The translations under genes and the position numbers were made by a program. A stretch of 51,697 bases of DNA from Octopus bimaculoides (Eukaryota). The notes beneath the pieces are model-generated. The model was not told where the DNA came from and did no database searches. It saw only the letters and a program-made list of their open reading frames with translations. The stretch covers positions 46,161,360 to 46,213,056 of the forward strand of contig NC_068990.1 in NCBI RefSeq assembly GCF_001194135.2, written 5' to 3'. Positions 49,831 to 51,697 of this stretch are shown here, piece after piece (positions within the stretch are counted from its first letter, which is position 1; every line of letters starts with the position of its first letter).

Positions 49831-50959
49831 ACTCCTCTCTCATGACAGAGACATTTTCTTTTTAGATTTTATAGGCAATGGCATTGTTGTATAGTTAAGA
49901 AATTTGCTTTGTAACCACGTGGTTTCGTTTACAGTCCCACTTCCCAGTACTTTGCGCAAGTGTATTCTACTATAGCCCCAAGCCGACCACTGCCTTCTGA
50001 GGGTATTTGGTAGACGGAAACTGCGAGGAAGTCCATCGTGTATGTGCGGAATAGTTTTATAAGACATCTATTTGATATATATTACACTATACCTTGATAC
50101 AGTGTGGGCTTAGTTCCCCGTTGACAGGCGCCCGTTTATATGTGGTTACGTTGGATTATAAGGATAAGGTAATTATTTAAATGGATGGAGGTGTGTTGGA
50201 TTGTGGGTATGGCTGTTATTGTATGTGCGGAATAGTTTTGAAACCAATATTTTCTGCTTTTGCAGTACTTTTGCAGTATTTCCTACAGATAGGTGATACT
50301 ACAGGGTATTTTTTCAAAGCCGTGCGGCTTAAAACCATTTCCTGTACTAAACGGTAATAAATTTTTGAGCGTGTATATCCTCTTTCTGTGTTCAAAGGGT
50401 AAAGAAAAAAAAAAGGATTTAGCATAAACAAGAAGCTTCAAGTGTTGTGCTTCAAAAACCTTAACTACTAAACGAAATCGAAGACAATCGATACTGAATT
50501 TACCAGTGTAGGTATATACCTTAATGAACTTGGTTATAGATATTAGGCAGAACACTGAAGACCTGGGTGTTATAAAATAATAAAGGAATAATTAATGAAA
50601 ACATGCTGGCATTTTTTCGCTAAACTTTTGCTAATTTGGTTAATGTTTGCTATTCTTCATCTCTCAAATTTACACACAACATTCATTTAACACATACACA
50701 CATACATAAACACACCACACTACACATATTCTGTCTGCCTGTCTGTCTGTCTGTCTGACTGTCTGTCTGACTGTCTGTCTGTCTGCCTCTGCCTCTGTCA
50801 CACATACACACACACAAACACACGCACACACATACACGGTCACATTTAATAGGAGATTCCTATGATCCTTTTTCTATAACTTCTTATCCCTGTACCTTTC
50901 TTCTATGGCGATTCTCTCTGCAACCTTTCGGTGTTCTTTTTTTTTCTGTTACGTTTTCT

Positions 50960-51275
50960 TGTTACATTTTCCAATGGGTTTTTTTCTGTGACTTCTCAGA
51001 CGTTTTCGCGTGATTTTTATTAGTGACTTTTTCTGTGACTGCTTCTTGTGACTATTTTCTATGACTTTTCCTTCGACTTTCTCCTTGACTTTTTATTGTG
51101 ACTTTATCTGTAATCTTTTCCTGTGACTTATTTGTGGCATTTTTTTTTCCTGTGACTTTTTCTATAATATTCCTTTGTCATTTTTTACAGACATTTCCGT
51201 GGCCTTTTTTCATATGGTTTTTCCGGTGACTTTTTCCTGTAACTTTATTTCTGCCACTTATTTTCATATGACTTT
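50960..51275. repeat. Degenerate (TTTTCTGTGAC)n minisatellite, period about 12-14 bp
   Basis: Repeated TGTGACTTT cores separated by T-runs. Confidence 0.75.
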
Positions 51276-51697
51276 TTTTCCGTTCATCCAGCAAATCCAG
51301 AGACTATGTAAAAGGCTCTTTCAATAACGAATGCAAGTGAAAAAATATTCGCTGAAACTCATCAGATAAATTAAGAAAACTTCCGTCCGGGTAAATTACA
51401 AGTTGGTGCTTATTATATTCAAATGTTTATTACGATTGCCAAGTTGTTGGTGATGTTTTGTGGTAGTGTTTCAGTCAGTCGTATAATTTTTTTTATAAGA
51501 CTAGACTTTTTCTTTCTACCCACAACTTCCGAGTCTTTTTTTTAAAAGGTTTTAACGAGTGTGCTAGATTACTGCACAACATATTTTGGTGACTATGTCA
51601 TACAAACATTCTCCTAATCCCCCCACGCACACACAGACACACAGACACACACACACACACACAGACACACACGCACACACACAAACATACACACACA

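Overview
AT-rich, repeat-dense eukaryotic DNA with about 20 N-gaps, most opening in or beside microsatellites. The tRNA-derived SINE families and microsatellite load resemble octopus (coleoid cephalopod) genomes; the species call is inference. One protein-coding gene is well supported: a + strand TPPP/p25-alpha family gene with three coding exons (22220-22404, 25415-25583, 35625-35807). It has canonical GT-AG sites with matching phases (2 and 0) and gives a 178-aa protein with a conserved C-terminal [36 protein letters not shown] motif and a divergent N-terminal core. The rest is mostly mobile DNA: a dead hAT (Buster/SPIN/GTF2IRD2-like) element with TIRs and an 8-bp TSD, a hAT MITE at the same target 8-mer, a Helitron 3' end with a PIF1 helicase remnant, a DD34D mariner, several MITE or foldback elements, LINE RT remnants and many SINE copies. 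The best leads are a ~335-bp foldback in TPPP intron 1 (possible A-to-I editing substrate), a perfect 47-bp inverted repeat with an internal tandem array, and an unexplained GC-rich island near 41.5-41.8 kb. No clearly novel multi-gene system is supported. Almost all other ORF-track entries are microsatellite, SINE or N-gap artefacts.
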